Source of the DNA: an uncultured delta proteobacterium
Lineage (GTDB): Bacteria; Desulfobacterota; Binatia; UBA9968
DNA length: 54,974 bases
Direction of reading: 5' to 3'
Assembly: GCA_963745835.1 (NCBI GenBank)
Contig: CAVUZH010000007.1
Location: 1 to 54,974 of the forward strand
Below the pieces are notes generated by a model. That model was not told the DNA's origin. It made no database searches and worked only from the letters and a program-made list of their open reading frames with translations. A program made the translations under genes and the position numbers. Below, piece by piece: positions 29,043 through 38,680 of this stretch. Numbering within the stretch: the first letter of the stretch is position 1; every line of letters starts with the position of its first letter.

Positions 29043-30830
29043 CTACCTTGTCCACCCGTTTAAAGAAAGGAGTTTAGCCTGCCGGTGATTAGTCACAACC
29101 GAGGTGTTGCCAACGTCTAACAGCCTCGTTGGCGCGCCTCCGGCGCTAGGCAGTGTGTCGAAGGCACGATAGTCGACAAACACCACCAGTCGGTTTTTGG
29201 AAGCCAGCGACAGGGTTGCGAATTCCTCGTGGGTGTACAGTACCTTGCCGTAACCGTCGGCTGGTTCGGGCCGCTTTTTGGCAATGTAGTCGCTGCCCAG
29301 GACCTGGCTCTTGTTTCCCGACCACACCACCCAGATGGGTTCTTGAATATCAAGATAAAAAGGCAGGCTGCTCAGGTATTTTTCATACAAGACTAGCTGA
29401 TCTCCCTGATGGATCAGCGAAGCTGCCGCCTTAGCGAGTTGCTTGGACGATCGAGTCAGAGACACTGTAGCGATGATCGGTTCCGCAACCAGGATGAATA
29501 GGGCGAACCCCAAAACAGTACTCCCATAGATATAAAATTCCCTGTGCCAGAGTCCTTTTGTGATGGCTGCGAGCCCCACCATGAGCGCCGCTGCCACCCC
29601 GACACTAAACAGAACGGAAGTTCTTGGCAGAGCGGAATAAATCTGGGCCGGAATCTTCTTCGGCAAAAAATCAGACGGCAGAAACAAGAGAGCCGGCAGC
29701 AAGGCAACTAAGAAAAACGTAACGGCCGGAAGCGAAAGAACCCAGCTCATTTTTGCGGAAGGTGCGGCGGTAAAGGCCTTGGCCACCGTGGCTCCCACCA
29801 AAATAGCCAGCGGGGGATATAAGGGCAGAATGTAATGGGGCAACTTAGATGCTGACAACGAAAAAACAATAAACGGCGAAGCGATCCACAAGATCAGAAA
29901 CAGGTGTCCGTCCGCTGGCGGGCGCTTCCGGAAATCGGCGAGTGTCATCGGAAGCAGAAGCGTCCAGGGGAAACACCCGGCGGCTAAAACCATAAAGAAG
30001 TAATACCAGGGTCTGCTGCGATTGAATTGCGTGGTGGTAAACCGAGCGAAGTTTTCCTCATACAAGAAGTGGTGCAGGTATCCAGGATTACGGAGCTCGA
30101 CCGCAACGTACCAGGATGCGGCCACAATCAGAAAGAGCGGTACGCCCAACGATAGCTCCATTTCTCCAACGAGAGCCCACTTTCCCGATAACAGAAGATA
30201 GAAAAAGATCACCGCAGCGGGAAGGACCAAACCGATCGGGCCTTTTACTAGCGTCGCTGCTCCGATAAAAGCATACATTAGAAGAACCAGGAACTTCCGC
30301 CGGGGGCCGGTGGCGAGATGACCTAACCAAAAGCAAGCAAGAGAGAGGGTAATGAAGAATGTCAGCACCATGTCGAGGATCACCACCCGCGAGAGGGCGA
30401 AAAACTCGATACTGGTCACCAGAATCAATACGCTCCAAAGCGCCGCGCGCCGGCCGAAAATAGCCCCGGCAAGAACGTATGTGAGTGAAAGACAACCGAG
30501 CGCAGCCAGCACTGAGGGAAGGCGAGCCGACCACTCGCTGAGACCAAAGATCTTGAAGGAAAGAGCTACCAAGCCAAAAAAGAAGACAGGCTTATCCAAG
30601 CGTGGAATAAAGTCGTAGTGCGGCGTAACCCGATCACGAAGCAGCAGGATCTCTCTGGCAACTTCCGCATTCCTCCCTTCGTCGGGCTCGAACAATGCCG
30701 CGGCTCCTAAGTCGGAGAATAGAATCACCAGGCAAAAGAGACATAATGCGATTAAGCACCACGTATCACGGTCAAGGCTCCTGGCGCACATGACTCGATC
30801 GATGAGAGAATATCCGGCTGATGTACTCAT
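29043..30830 (-). CDS. ArnT/GT39-like glycosyltransferase 3
   Basis: EPDEGRNAE, DKPVFF, RLPS, KGPIG, PWYYF, SKLPHYILP. Confidence 0.92.
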   Translation of the reverse strand: MSTSAGYSLIDRVMCARSLDRDTWCLIALCLFCLVILFSDLGAAALFEPDEGRNAEVAREILLLRDRVTPHYDFIPRLDKPVFFFGLVALSFKIFGLSEWSARLPSVLAALGCLSLTYVLAGAIFGRRAALWSVLILVTSIEFFALSRVVILDMVLTFFITLSLACFWLGHLATGPRRKFLVLLMYAFIGAATLVKGPIGLVLPAAVIFFYLLLSGKWALVGEMELSLGVPLFLIVAASWYVAVELRNPGYLHHFLYEENFARFTTTQFNRSRPWYYFFMVLAAGCFPWTLLLPMTLADFRKRPPADGHLFLILWIASPFIVFSLSASKLPHYILPLYPPLAILVGATVAKAFTAAPSAKMSWVLSLPAVTFFLVALLPALLFLPSDFLPKKIPAQIYSALPRTSVLFSVGVAAALMVGLAAITKGLWHREFYIYGSTVLGFALFILVAEPIIATVSLTRSSKQLAKAAASLIHQGDQLVLYEKYLSSLPFYLDIQEPIWVVWSGNKSQVLGSDYIAKKRPEPADGYGKVLYTHEEFATLSLASKNRLVVFVDYRAFDTLPSAGGAPTRLLDVGNTSVVTNHRQAKLLSLNGWTR

Positions 30831-31284
30831 TTGACAGCGACTTGAAGACTCCAGTCTCGATCAACTGAAAACGCGCTAGAGCAGGGTTTTTTCGGTCCTC
30901 CTTGCTGAGCTTGCGAATGTTGAACTTCGTTAGCTCGTTAGACTTGGCTCGTGATTGGCAGATCCACTGAGCCGACCACGAACTCACTTGAGCAATGCCT
31001 GCACTCTATGATCTGCCTACTTTGCTTAATCAAAATACCGAAGGCATCAACTTCTCGGCACATCTCCGATTTATGGCAATGTCCTTTCAAGTGGCAGTTC
31101 ACACATTCGTACTCAGGAGCCGCCTGCGTGAAGTCAGAACGATGCCATCTGTGGAGTGCGAGCTTTTGCCGTTACTATTTCTCATCATCCAATCGTACTC
31201 ATGTGCTCGCCAGCCGTCGATTTCGACTGATACCGAGTGAATCCATCCATGCTGCAAGTCCGTGGAATCTATCGCAGAGCAACC

Positions 31285-31331
31285 TTGCTCGAACCTTTCG
31301 GCAAGATTACAGTTTTGAAAGGTTAGAAAGG
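31285..31331 (-). repeat. 47-bp upstream element, copy 2
   Basis: 43/47 identical to 25366-25412; lies between the kinase stop codon and ArnT-3. Confidence 0.75.
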
Positions 31332-31359
31332 GGAATATGAGGACGAAAAGCCGACGAGG

Positions 31360-32748
31360 TTAAACTACAGGGAGACGAATGGTGAAATCGGAGCCGACGC
31401 CAGGCTCGCTGCTAACCTCGACATCTCCTCTATGGGCGCGAACGATGGCTTTGACTACGCTCAAGCCAAGACCGAGACCAGGCTGTGACCGGCTCTTATC
31501 ACCGCGATACAGACGGTCCCATATCTGCGGAATTTCCTCGCCGGGAATGCCGATACCGGTGTCCCGGAACGAAATGACCGCCTGATGTCCTTCGACACGG
31601 GCGCTGATCACGATCCGTCCACGGATCCGGTTGTATTTAATCGCGTTATCCAACAGGTTGGCGATCACTTGCCGCATCCGGATAAAGTCAGCGGTGAGGT
31701 GGATATCTTCACGGCAGTCCATCGATACAACGATTTCGCGATCCTCTGCGACGTATTGGTACAACTCCACCATCTCACGGATGAGCTTGGTCAGGTTCAC
31801 CGTTTCGAGCTTCAGGCGCATCGTTCCCGTTTCGGCTTCCGAAACGTCCATGATGCTGTTTAGTAACGTAAGGATACGATCCGATTCCTCGACGCACGTC
31901 GCCAACGACTCTTTATATTGCTCGGCCTTTGCCGGCGCTTCCAAGCACATCTCCGCTGTGCCTCGTAATCGGGCCATCGGTGTACGAAGATCGTGAGCGA
32001 CATTATCCAACGCGTCTTTCATTCCTTTGACGAGCCGTTCGATTCTCTCGAGCATACTGTTAAAAAGTAGAACCAGCTCATCCAACTCGTCCTGATGGTT
32101 GCTCTCAGGCACACGGAGATCCATCCGTCCGGTCTCGACGATAGAACGCGTGGCATGAATAAGAGCCCGGATTGGCCGCAAAGCCCGAAATGCCACAAAC
32201 GCGCCTCCTCCCAAGCCAATCAGGATCATCGGTATCATCGTCGCCAAAAGCGTGTCGCGGAAATTCTCCAGGATTTCTTCGCGATCCTGAATGCGTTTGC
32301 CGACTTGCAATAATTGATTATTCGCCAGCCGCGCCGATGTAACCTCGAGCAACGTCGCATCCCGAGTTGAGGTGAAATACTGCCATTCGCCTTCGGTCTG
32401 CCAATCGACGCGCCTGAAATCGAACTCTTGCCAAAGCCGCGGATTGCTCAAAAATAATGTCTCATCGCCGGGAGCGATAACCCGGACAAAAAAAGATCGC
32501 CGCTGGCTGGGCCTTCCCTGCTGATTGATGATGTTCTCGATCGCCTGAACTCCTCCGGCATCGGCTATCGACCGGTACTGCGCAAGCTGCAACTGAATTG
32601 TTTTTCGATGGTCGCGCATGCTTGAGAACACGAAGACGAAAGAAACGATGGAGAGAGTCAAAGAGCTCAGGATAAAAATCGACGAATACCAGAAGGTAAG
32701 GCGAAACCCGAGCGTCTTATGAAACCGCTTACGGGAGCTTGATGGCAT
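31360..32748 (-). CDS. Sensor histidine kinase (HAMP-HisKA-HATPase; CusS/CzcS-like)
   Basis: Two TM segments, DELDEL HAMP, AHDLRTP, NLLDNAIKY, DTGIGI, GLGLGL. Confidence 0.93.
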   Translation of the reverse strand: MPSSSRKRFHKTLGFRLTFWYSSIFILSSLTLSIVSFVFVFSSMRDHRKTIQLQLAQYRSIADAGGVQAIENIINQQGRPSQRRSFFVRVIAPGDETLFLSNPRLWQEFDFRRVDWQTEGEWQYFTSTRDATLLEVTSARLANNQLLQVGKRIQDREEILENFRDTLLATMIPMILIGLGGGAFVAFRALRPIRALIHATRSIVETGRMDLRVPESNHQDELDELVLLFNSMLERIERLVKGMKDALDNVAHDLRTPMARLRGTAEMCLEAPAKAEQYKESLATCVEESDRILTLLNSIMDVSEAETGTMRLKLETVNLTKLIREMVELYQYVAEDREIVVSMDCREDIHLTADFIRMRQVIANLLDNAIKYNRIRGRIVISARVEGHQAVISFRDTGIGIPGEEIPQIWDRLYRGDKSRSQPGLGLGLSVVKAIVRAHRGDVEVSSEPGVGSDFTIRLPVV

Positions 32749-33403
32749 AGCCGACCCCACGATGGGTGTGAATCAGTTTGTTTTCGAAATCGCGGTCTAC
32801 TTTATTGCGCAGTCTGGAAACGAGCACGTCGACAACGTTGGTTTGAGGGTCGAAACTGTAGCCCCACACATGCTCTATGATCATTGTCTTGGAAACAACT
32901 CTCCCGGTGTTGCGCATCAGGTACTCCAGCAGAGAAAATTCGCGTGGTTGCAGGTCGATCTTCTTACCCGATCGGATGACCTCCCGGGTTAAAAGGTCCA
33001 ATGTGAGCTCCCCCATTAGCAACCGAGAGGGCTCAGGTTCGTGACTTGCGCGGCGAATGAGCGCATGCACCCGGGCCAGAAGTTCGGAGAACGAAAATGG
33101 TTTGACAAGATAATCGTCCCCGCCTGTCTGAAGCCCGCGCACCCGATCGTCAACCGAGCGCTTCGCGCTTAAAACAATCACCGGCGTAAGGATTTTTCTT
33201 TGGCGCATACGTTCGATGATGGTTAACCCGTCAAGCTTAGGCAGCATCACGTCCATTATCGCAGCATCATACGGTTCGGAAAGAGCCAGGTGAAGCGCGT
33301 CTTCGCCGTCTTCGGCATGATCCACAGCAAACCCTGCCTGTTCCATGCCTCTAACTACCAACGAGGCGATCTTCTTATCGTCTTCAACTACCAAAATTCG
33401 CAT
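32729..33403 (-). CDS. OmpR-family response regulator (CusR/CzcR-like)
   Basis: VEDD, D.MLP, GGDDYLVKPF, LQPREF.LL, NVVDV, T.RGVGY. Confidence 0.95.
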   Translation of the reverse strand: MRILVVEDDKKIASLVVRGMEQAGFAVDHAEDGEDALHLALSEPYDAAIMDVMLPKLDGLTIIERMRQRKILTPVIVLSAKRSVDDRVRGLQTGGDDYLVKPFSFSELLARVHALIRRASHEPEPSRLLMGELTLDLLTREVIRSGKKIDLQPREFSLLEYLMRNTGRVVSKTMIIEHVWGYSFDPQTNVVDVLVSRLRNKVDRDFENKLIHTHRGVGYAIKLP

Positions 33404-33515
33404 TCGGTTGCCGAAACTAAACTGCTGTCTTCATAGTTATGCTCGCTGGGAGGCGAACTCTAACTTGTGCTTCACTGCGAACGTTGGAAAAAACACGTTC
33501 GTACACGCAGTGAGC

Positions 33516-33542
33516 CTTCAAGAATGTAATGTCTGTGAAAGG
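33516..33542 (+). promoter_or_regulatory. Third copy of the core box CTTCA-N4-TGTAAT-N6-GAAAGG
   Basis: CTTCAAGAATGTAATGTCTGTGAAAGG in the divergent intergenic region, oriented toward the gene at 33606. Confidence 0.6.
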
Positions 33543-33605
33543 GAATGGCAACATTACGAGTTTAAGCTTGATAACAGCTATCAAAGTCGTTACCTACGTT
33601 GAAAG

Positions 33606-34562
33606 ATGAAACTGCTGATCAAAATTTTTATCAGCTTAGCAATGTTAGCTTTGGCCGTGCGCCTGGTCGACCTGAATGAGCTAAAGCATAGCCTGTTGAG
33701 CATTCCCCTGCCGACATTGGCTATGGTGGTGGTTATCTTTTTTTTCGGCCAGCTGCTGAGTTCCTACAAGTGGTGGCTCCTGGCGCGCTCCGGGAGCATC
33801 GAAGCGCCTTGGCTACTGGCCGCCAAAGCCTACTTCCTCGGCATGGCTGTCAATTGTTTTGGGTTTGGCACGGTTGGTGGCGATTTGGCGCGCGCCCTCG
33901 TGCTCGGAACGAAGTCAAAAAAGAAAGCCACCGCACTGGCCTCGGTGTTTGCCGACCGAGTCCATGGGCTCACTGTTCTCGCCGCCATCGGTGTAGTGTC
34001 GATCGCGTTTGTCGGTCGCCAGCATATCGGCCGTGAATACCTTGTGCTGCTCCCGACTTGCATTATTGCAGTCGTGGTGGCCTGGTATTTCGGACCCGGC
34101 ATCGCCCTTGCCACGATGCCCAAAGGAGGCGCGCTGCACAAGAACGTGGAACAAATCGCTCAGGTTTTCCCGCGCGATTCGACGACGATCAGTTATATTT
34201 CGCTGATTTCGCTGGTATTTCACCTGCTGCAAATAGGCCTGCACCAAGTCATGGCCGCCGGTTTCGGGATTCAGATCCCCTGGGCCGTGTTGCTAGTTAC
34301 TATTCCGGTGATCAATATCCTGAGCTCGTTACCGATCAGTTGGAATGGTCTGGGGGTGCGTGAAAATGGCTACCTGTTCTTTTTGGCGCCCCAGTTTGTT
34401 TCTCGTGAACACGCCATCGCATTCGGGGCGATGTGGCTCCTGGCCATGGCCATTTCAAGCGCCATTGGCGCTTTGGTGTTGGTTTTGTCCAAAGATCTTG
34501 GTTGGAAGGCGGAGAGCGGACGAGTAATGAGGAAATTGTTTGATGAAAAGCTAAGCAGCTGA
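33606..34562 (+). CDS. Lysylphosphatidylglycerol-synthase-TM (UPF0104, flippase-like) membrane protein
   Basis: GGD..R, SV..DR, LPIS.NGLGVRE motifs. Confidence 0.88.
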   Translation: MKLLIKIFISLAMLALAVRLVDLNELKHSLLSIPLPTLAMVVVIFFFGQLLSSYKWWLLARSGSIEAPWLLAAKAYFLGMAVNCFGFGTVGGDLARALVLGTKSKKKATALASVFADRVHGLTVLAAIGVVSIAFVGRQHIGREYLVLLPTCIIAVVVAWYFGPGIALATMPKGGALHKNVEQIAQVFPRDSTTISYISLISLVFHLLQIGLHQVMAAGFGIQIPWAVLLVTIPVINILSSLPISWNGLGVRENGYLFFLAPQFVSREHAIAFGAMWLLAMAISSAIGALVLVLSKDLGWKAESGRVMRKLFDEKLSS

Positions 34563-34698
34563 CGCACGACCTCGCCGCGAAACTGTACGAGCTCGGACCT
34601 TGCGAAGGCTTTGAAAACAGAGACCTGCTTACGAATGGAAGTTAGGCTAACTCCGAAATAGGGCGATCGCGTTGGTAGGTGGCGGTGGTAGATGTGAG

Positions 34699-35040
34699 TT
34701 AGCGGGGCTGTGATCGTTCAGAGTATGAAGTGACCGCGGGTTCGATATTAGCTCGGAACCCTTTCGCAGAGATAAAAAAATAACTTGCCGAAGCTATAGC
34801 GATAACAATTAGGGCGTTGGTGATCATATCGACCCACAAGAGGTCTTGTATCGTAGACTTCCTCGCGCGATCCTTGATCTGGGGCGGAGCACTGACGGTT
34901 GGATACCGACGATGAAGAGAGGTGCTTTCGGGCCGCTGCGGTTTTGGGATCTGCCAAACCGCTGACCTTCCGGTCACCGCTTTGAAAAGATCGCTTCTCT
35001 CATCCGCTTTTAGCAGGCGGGCTATGTTCATAGCATTCAC
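34699..35040 (-). CDS. Hypothetical protein with a single C-terminal TM segment
   Basis: ORF with hydrophobic ITNALIVIAIASASYFFI; co-oriented with the upstream small ORF. Confidence 0.35.
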   Translation of the reverse strand: MNAMNIARLLKADERSDLFKAVTGRSAVWQIPKPQRPESTSLHRRYPTVSAPPQIKDRARKSTIQDLLWVDMITNALIVIAIASASYFFISAKGFRANIEPAVTSYSERSQPR

Positions 35041-35045
35041 CCCTA

Positions 35046-35315
35046 TCAGTTGTGTCTGAGATTCACCGCGGCCTTTCTAGTGATCGTGAGACGGGGAGCA
35101 GCGCGGTGCAATTCGCTTTGCGAAACGGCATCCAACCCGACATCATTTGAGCGTTGTTGAACAAACTCCGATCGAAATAACTGCCAATCGAGATAGTGAT
35201 CGCACTTCCCGCAAAATCCATTTATGCGGTGCATCCAAGCATTACAATCAATTACCACGACGACAAAATCGTAATCACATCTCGGGCATCTACGTTTTTT
35301 TAGATATCTGAACAT
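35046..35315 (-). CDS. Small Zn-ribbon protein (CPRC...CGKC)
   Basis: MFRYLKKRRCPRC...INGFCGKCDHYLDW; paralog at 36215. Confidence 0.6.
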   Translation of the reverse strand: MFRYLKKRRCPRCDYDFVVVVIDCNAWMHRINGFCGKCDHYLDWQLFRSEFVQQRSNDVGLDAVSQSELHRAAPRLTITRKAAVNLRHN

Positions 35316-35504
35316 TGCTACAGCAGATCGTCCTGTTGCGGATCCATGCCGCCGAATCATTGGCATTGCTGATGTAGAACTAAGTTGGCTGCTCAGAACA
35401 ACTTCGAAACTAGACGCGCAACCAAATCGATGAGCGGGGGCTTATAAGTGATGTAGCGACGCCCATGAAGCGCACCCGGCATGGGTTATCTTTTCGACAG
35501 GTCG

Positions 35505-35825
35505 CTAGTGAATCGCGATCGAGGTCTCGTTGGCAACCTTCCGCTTCTTCATGACGGCGTCACCCTTCAACCTGAAGATCCTTCCGCGACTACCCCGTTG
35601 ATTGGCGATGTTCATGCTCATAACTGCGCGGTCCAAGTCGGGTTGAAAGAACGCAGTATTCTCTTCCATTTTGAACGTGATCATGAATTCTTCGACTCGA
35701 ATCGCCCACGCATCATCCATACCTTCGAGCCGACTTATTTTGTTGATCGCGTCTCGTTTACTTCGGGCCGCTACGATGGAGCACTGCCCAGCGGTTTTCT
35801 GCCGCAGTACTAGAAAAAGCTTCAT
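35505..35825 (-). CDS. Hypothetical protein
   Basis: 106-aa ORF with GGAGG RBS and protein-like composition. Confidence 0.5.
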   Translation of the reverse strand: MKLFLVLRQKTAGQCSIVAARSKRDAINKISRLEGMDDAWAIRVEEFMITFKMEENTAFFQPDLDRAVMSMNIANQRGSRGRIFRLKGDAVMKKRKVANETSIAIH

Positions 35826-36214
35826 TCGATAACCTCCGCTGGGCGCATACCCTGAAAAGCAATGAAGGTGCCAAATTTATACCTCGAATAATAGGACATT
35901 TGCTTGCTACTCGGGCCCTAACAACGAGGAATTTGTCAGGTTTTGAACACTGGCTAACATTTTTGTCCACTCAAAAGCCTACCCTTTTCGTCACCGTCAA
36001 GTCTCGCTCGGGGCGATACGGAATCGACTCCGCGAAACCCTTGATGACCGGTCTCGCCGTTTTCAAATCCTCTCAATTCACAGTGAGTTTCTAATTTGGT
36101 CGGTTGGCCGACAGCTCTCGGAGTTGCCAAACTCGTAATCAGCACTAGACAAAACAGCAGAAGGTCCCGCTCAGCCCCGGTTGTGCAGCCGCATCGGCAG
36201 AGTTAAGTTTAGGT

Positions 36215-36406
36215 ATGGCTAGGTACCTCGCTCGCCGATGTCCACGTTGCCACAGTGATTGGGGTGTTTTTATCGCAGAGTCTAAGCGGGGCCGAACTTT
36301 CCGTCCTATCCATGCCCTGTGTGCCGGCTGCGGTTATGAGATCGCCTGGGCTCTGATCGTTCCCGCAGTGCGCGCTCAGATTCCATGGGAGGGAAACCTG
36401 AATTGA
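36215..36406 (+). CDS. Small Zn-ribbon protein (CPRC...CAGC)
   Basis: MARYLARRCPRC...IHALCAGCGYEIAW; paralog of 35046-35315. Confidence 0.6.
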   Translation: MARYLARRCPRCHSDWGVFIAESKRGRTFRPIHALCAGCGYEIAWALIVPAVRAQIPWEGNLN

Positions 36407-36431
36407 ATCGGAGAGACTTCTTCATCGGCGG

Positions 36432-36899
36432 CTAAGCGTCTTTCAATATTCGTTGGAGTTCGTCGAGCAGCTTGAGTTGACCCTTCAGGATTTTATTCCG
36501 GGCTAGCTCGAGGCTGAACCATCCGGCTCGGTCGACTTCCGGAAACGTCTTGCGCTGTCCGGACCGCGGCGGCCACTCCAGTATAAATGAATTACTCTTG
36601 ATGGATTTTGCTTCACAATCGCCTTCGACCGCCCATGCATGTACCACCTTACCGCCCGCCTGCCGCACCGGGGTGAGAGCAATGAAACTACCATCCACCG
36701 CAAATCCTGTTTCTTCGTGAAACTCACGCCTGGCTGCTTTCAGCGGATCCTCGCCAGGCTCGAATTCGCCCTTGGGAATCGACCATGCTCCGGAATCCTT
36801 GTTCTTCCAAAACGGACCACCCGGATGGACGAGAAAAATCTCCAACCTAGAGCCACGATATCGATATAATACTATGCCGGCGCTTTCTTTTTTCGCCAT
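36432..36899 (-). CDS. NUDIX hydrolase (COG4119 type)
   Basis: HPGGPFW, WSIPKGE...AARREF.EETG Nudix box, EWPPRSG, FPEVDR. Confidence 0.92.
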   Translation of the reverse strand: MAKKESAGIVLYRYRGSRLEIFLVHPGGPFWKNKDSGAWSIPKGEFEPGEDPLKAARREFHEETGFAVDGSFIALTPVRQAGGKVVHAWAVEGDCEAKSIKSNSFILEWPPRSGQRKTFPEVDRAGWFSLELARNKILKGQLKLLDELQRILKDA

Positions 36900-36997
36900 G
36901 CTTTCCGCTCAGAGCTTTAGACAAGTATTCGCAGATTCGTCTGGTCTATGATTTATCGAAATCTTCAAAGATGTAAGAGGCGCTCCCTGGTCATCTG

Positions 36998-38089
36998 ATG
37001 CGCATCATCGTTCATGTCGATATGGACGCCTTCTACGCGGCGATCGAGGAGCGGTCTAACCCCACGCTGCGTGGACTTCCGTTGGTAGTCGGCGCCGATC
37101 CCAAGGACGGACGCGGTAGAGGTGTGGTCATGACTGCCAACTATCAAGCAAGGAGATTTGGTATCCGCTCAGCGCTGCCGATCTCGCGCGCTTGGCGGCT
37201 TGCTGATGCCGCGCGCAGGCGAGGCGAACCTGAAACAATCTTCGTCCGTTCGAACTTTCAGCTTTATGAAACCGTATCCAGCCGGATCATGCAGATCTTC
37301 GAGCGCTTTTCGGATGCGCACGAGGAAGCCAGTATCGATGAGGCTTATCTGGACATCTCGTCCCTCAAAAGCTTCGACGACGCTCAGATCAAGATGGCGA
37401 CGCTTAAGAACGAGATCCACGAACAAGAAGGACTTGGCTGCTCAATTGGCATTGGCCCAAACAAGCTGATCGCCAAGATCGCTTCCAGCCGAAATAAGCC
37501 GGATGGCTTAACTGTGATAACGCAGCAGGAAGTTCAGGATTTCTTGGATCCTCTCCCCATCCGTATGATTCCCGGCATCGGGCCCAAGAGCGAAGCCTTT
37601 CTGCACCAGCAGAACGTACGCATAGTGAGAGAGCTCCGAGAAATTCCGCAAGCGACGCTCATGCAGTGGTTCGGCAGCTGGGGTCTGCGGCTTTTTGAAA
37701 AGGCTCAGGGCGTGGATGATTCTCCGGTTTCCAACGAATGGACACGGAAATCCGTAGGCGAACAGGAAACGTTCGAGCACGATAGTCGAGATCTCGCTTT
37801 GGTTAGCGAGCAACTTGATAGAATGGTGGAACGAGTGCTTGCAAAGCTGCGAAGAAACGAATTTTCAGGGTTTCGGACGATGACACTCACCGTGCGCTTC
37901 TCTGATTTTGACACACGCAATCGTTCTCGAACGGTTAAGAGTGGCATTGCGATCGATAACACCGACAATGCGTTACAGCTAATCAAGAAGCAAGCGCTGG
38001 ACCTTCTGTCGCCCTTCTTCGATGCGCGTGAAAATCCTCGCGGCAAAGCGATCCGCCTGATCGGCCTGCGTCTGGAGAAACTATTTTAA
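36998..38089 (+). CDS. dinB: Y-family DNA polymerase IV
   Basis: HVDMDAFYA, ANY.AR.FG, SIDEAY, NKLIAKIAS..KPDG, IPGIG, little-finger IRLIGL. Confidence 0.95.
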   Translation: MRIIVHVDMDAFYAAIEERSNPTLRGLPLVVGADPKDGRGRGVVMTANYQARRFGIRSALPISRAWRLADAARRRGEPETIFVRSNFQLYETVSSRIMQIFERFSDAHEEASIDEAYLDISSLKSFDDAQIKMATLKNEIHEQEGLGCSIGIGPNKLIAKIASSRNKPDGLTVITQQEVQDFLDPLPIRMIPGIGPKSEAFLHQQNVRIVRELREIPQATLMQWFGSWGLRLFEKAQGVDDSPVSNEWTRKSVGEQETFEHDSRDLALVSEQLDRMVERVLAKLRRNEFSGFRTMTLTVRFSDFDTRNRSRTVKSGIAIDNTDNALQLIKKQALDLLSPFFDARENPRGKAIRLIGLRLEKLF

Positions 38090-38680
38090 AGATACAGCAG
38101 CTACTTTTCGATCTAGCTCAGCCGATCTTCTATATAGTCATTGTTCATTGTTGCCGTCCGGACCGCGCCCTTGAGCATCGCGTAAAATGCTGCCGGCCCT
38201 GTGCTGAGCCCGGCGTTATACGGTCGTAATCGTTGGGTGATTCCGCAACTCTTCTGAAGAACAACTCGCCCTGCATGGGTATATGATGATGTAGGTGTGC
38301 GACTCTCATCGCGACGTGTGCGAATGCTTATCCGCGACGATCCGAGAGATTGGAGGTAATTACACACATCGAATGCTTGAATAACCATACATTTGACGAC
38401 GCTATATTTTAAATCTGCTTTGATTTGTTGAACTTCTAATCTGGCATAAGGGTTGCGTGCTCCGCGCCCAATCACCACGCTTCCGTGCATTTGTTAGTCG
38501 CAGAGCGCAACCAAAATAAAACGCATTGCTTTAGTCGCTAATTCACAGACGCAGAGACTTGTCACGCTCTAACGTTTATCCGTCGGTTGAATCAAAACGC
38601 CGCCGCTCGGAACGGGAAAGCACTTGCTTTACTCGTTCGAGCTATTCGATCATTAATGTTTACAAAATACAGGAGGACAA

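Noticed and set aside
30951-31340. Plus-strand ORFs near 31.0-31.3 kb and 25272-25511 sharing the peptide TFRQDYSFE
   Set aside because: The similarity comes from the non-coding 47-bp repeat, not from a protein family.
1544-33530. TGTAAT shared between the ECF promoters and the ArnT-locus boxes, suggesting one regulator
   Set aside because: The flanking elements differ completely (N14-TGCGTC versus CTTCA-N4 and N6-GAAAGG); treated as two separate motifs.
38113-38490. 125-aa minus-strand ORF downstream of dinB
   Set aside because: No motifs and atypical composition; likely spurious.
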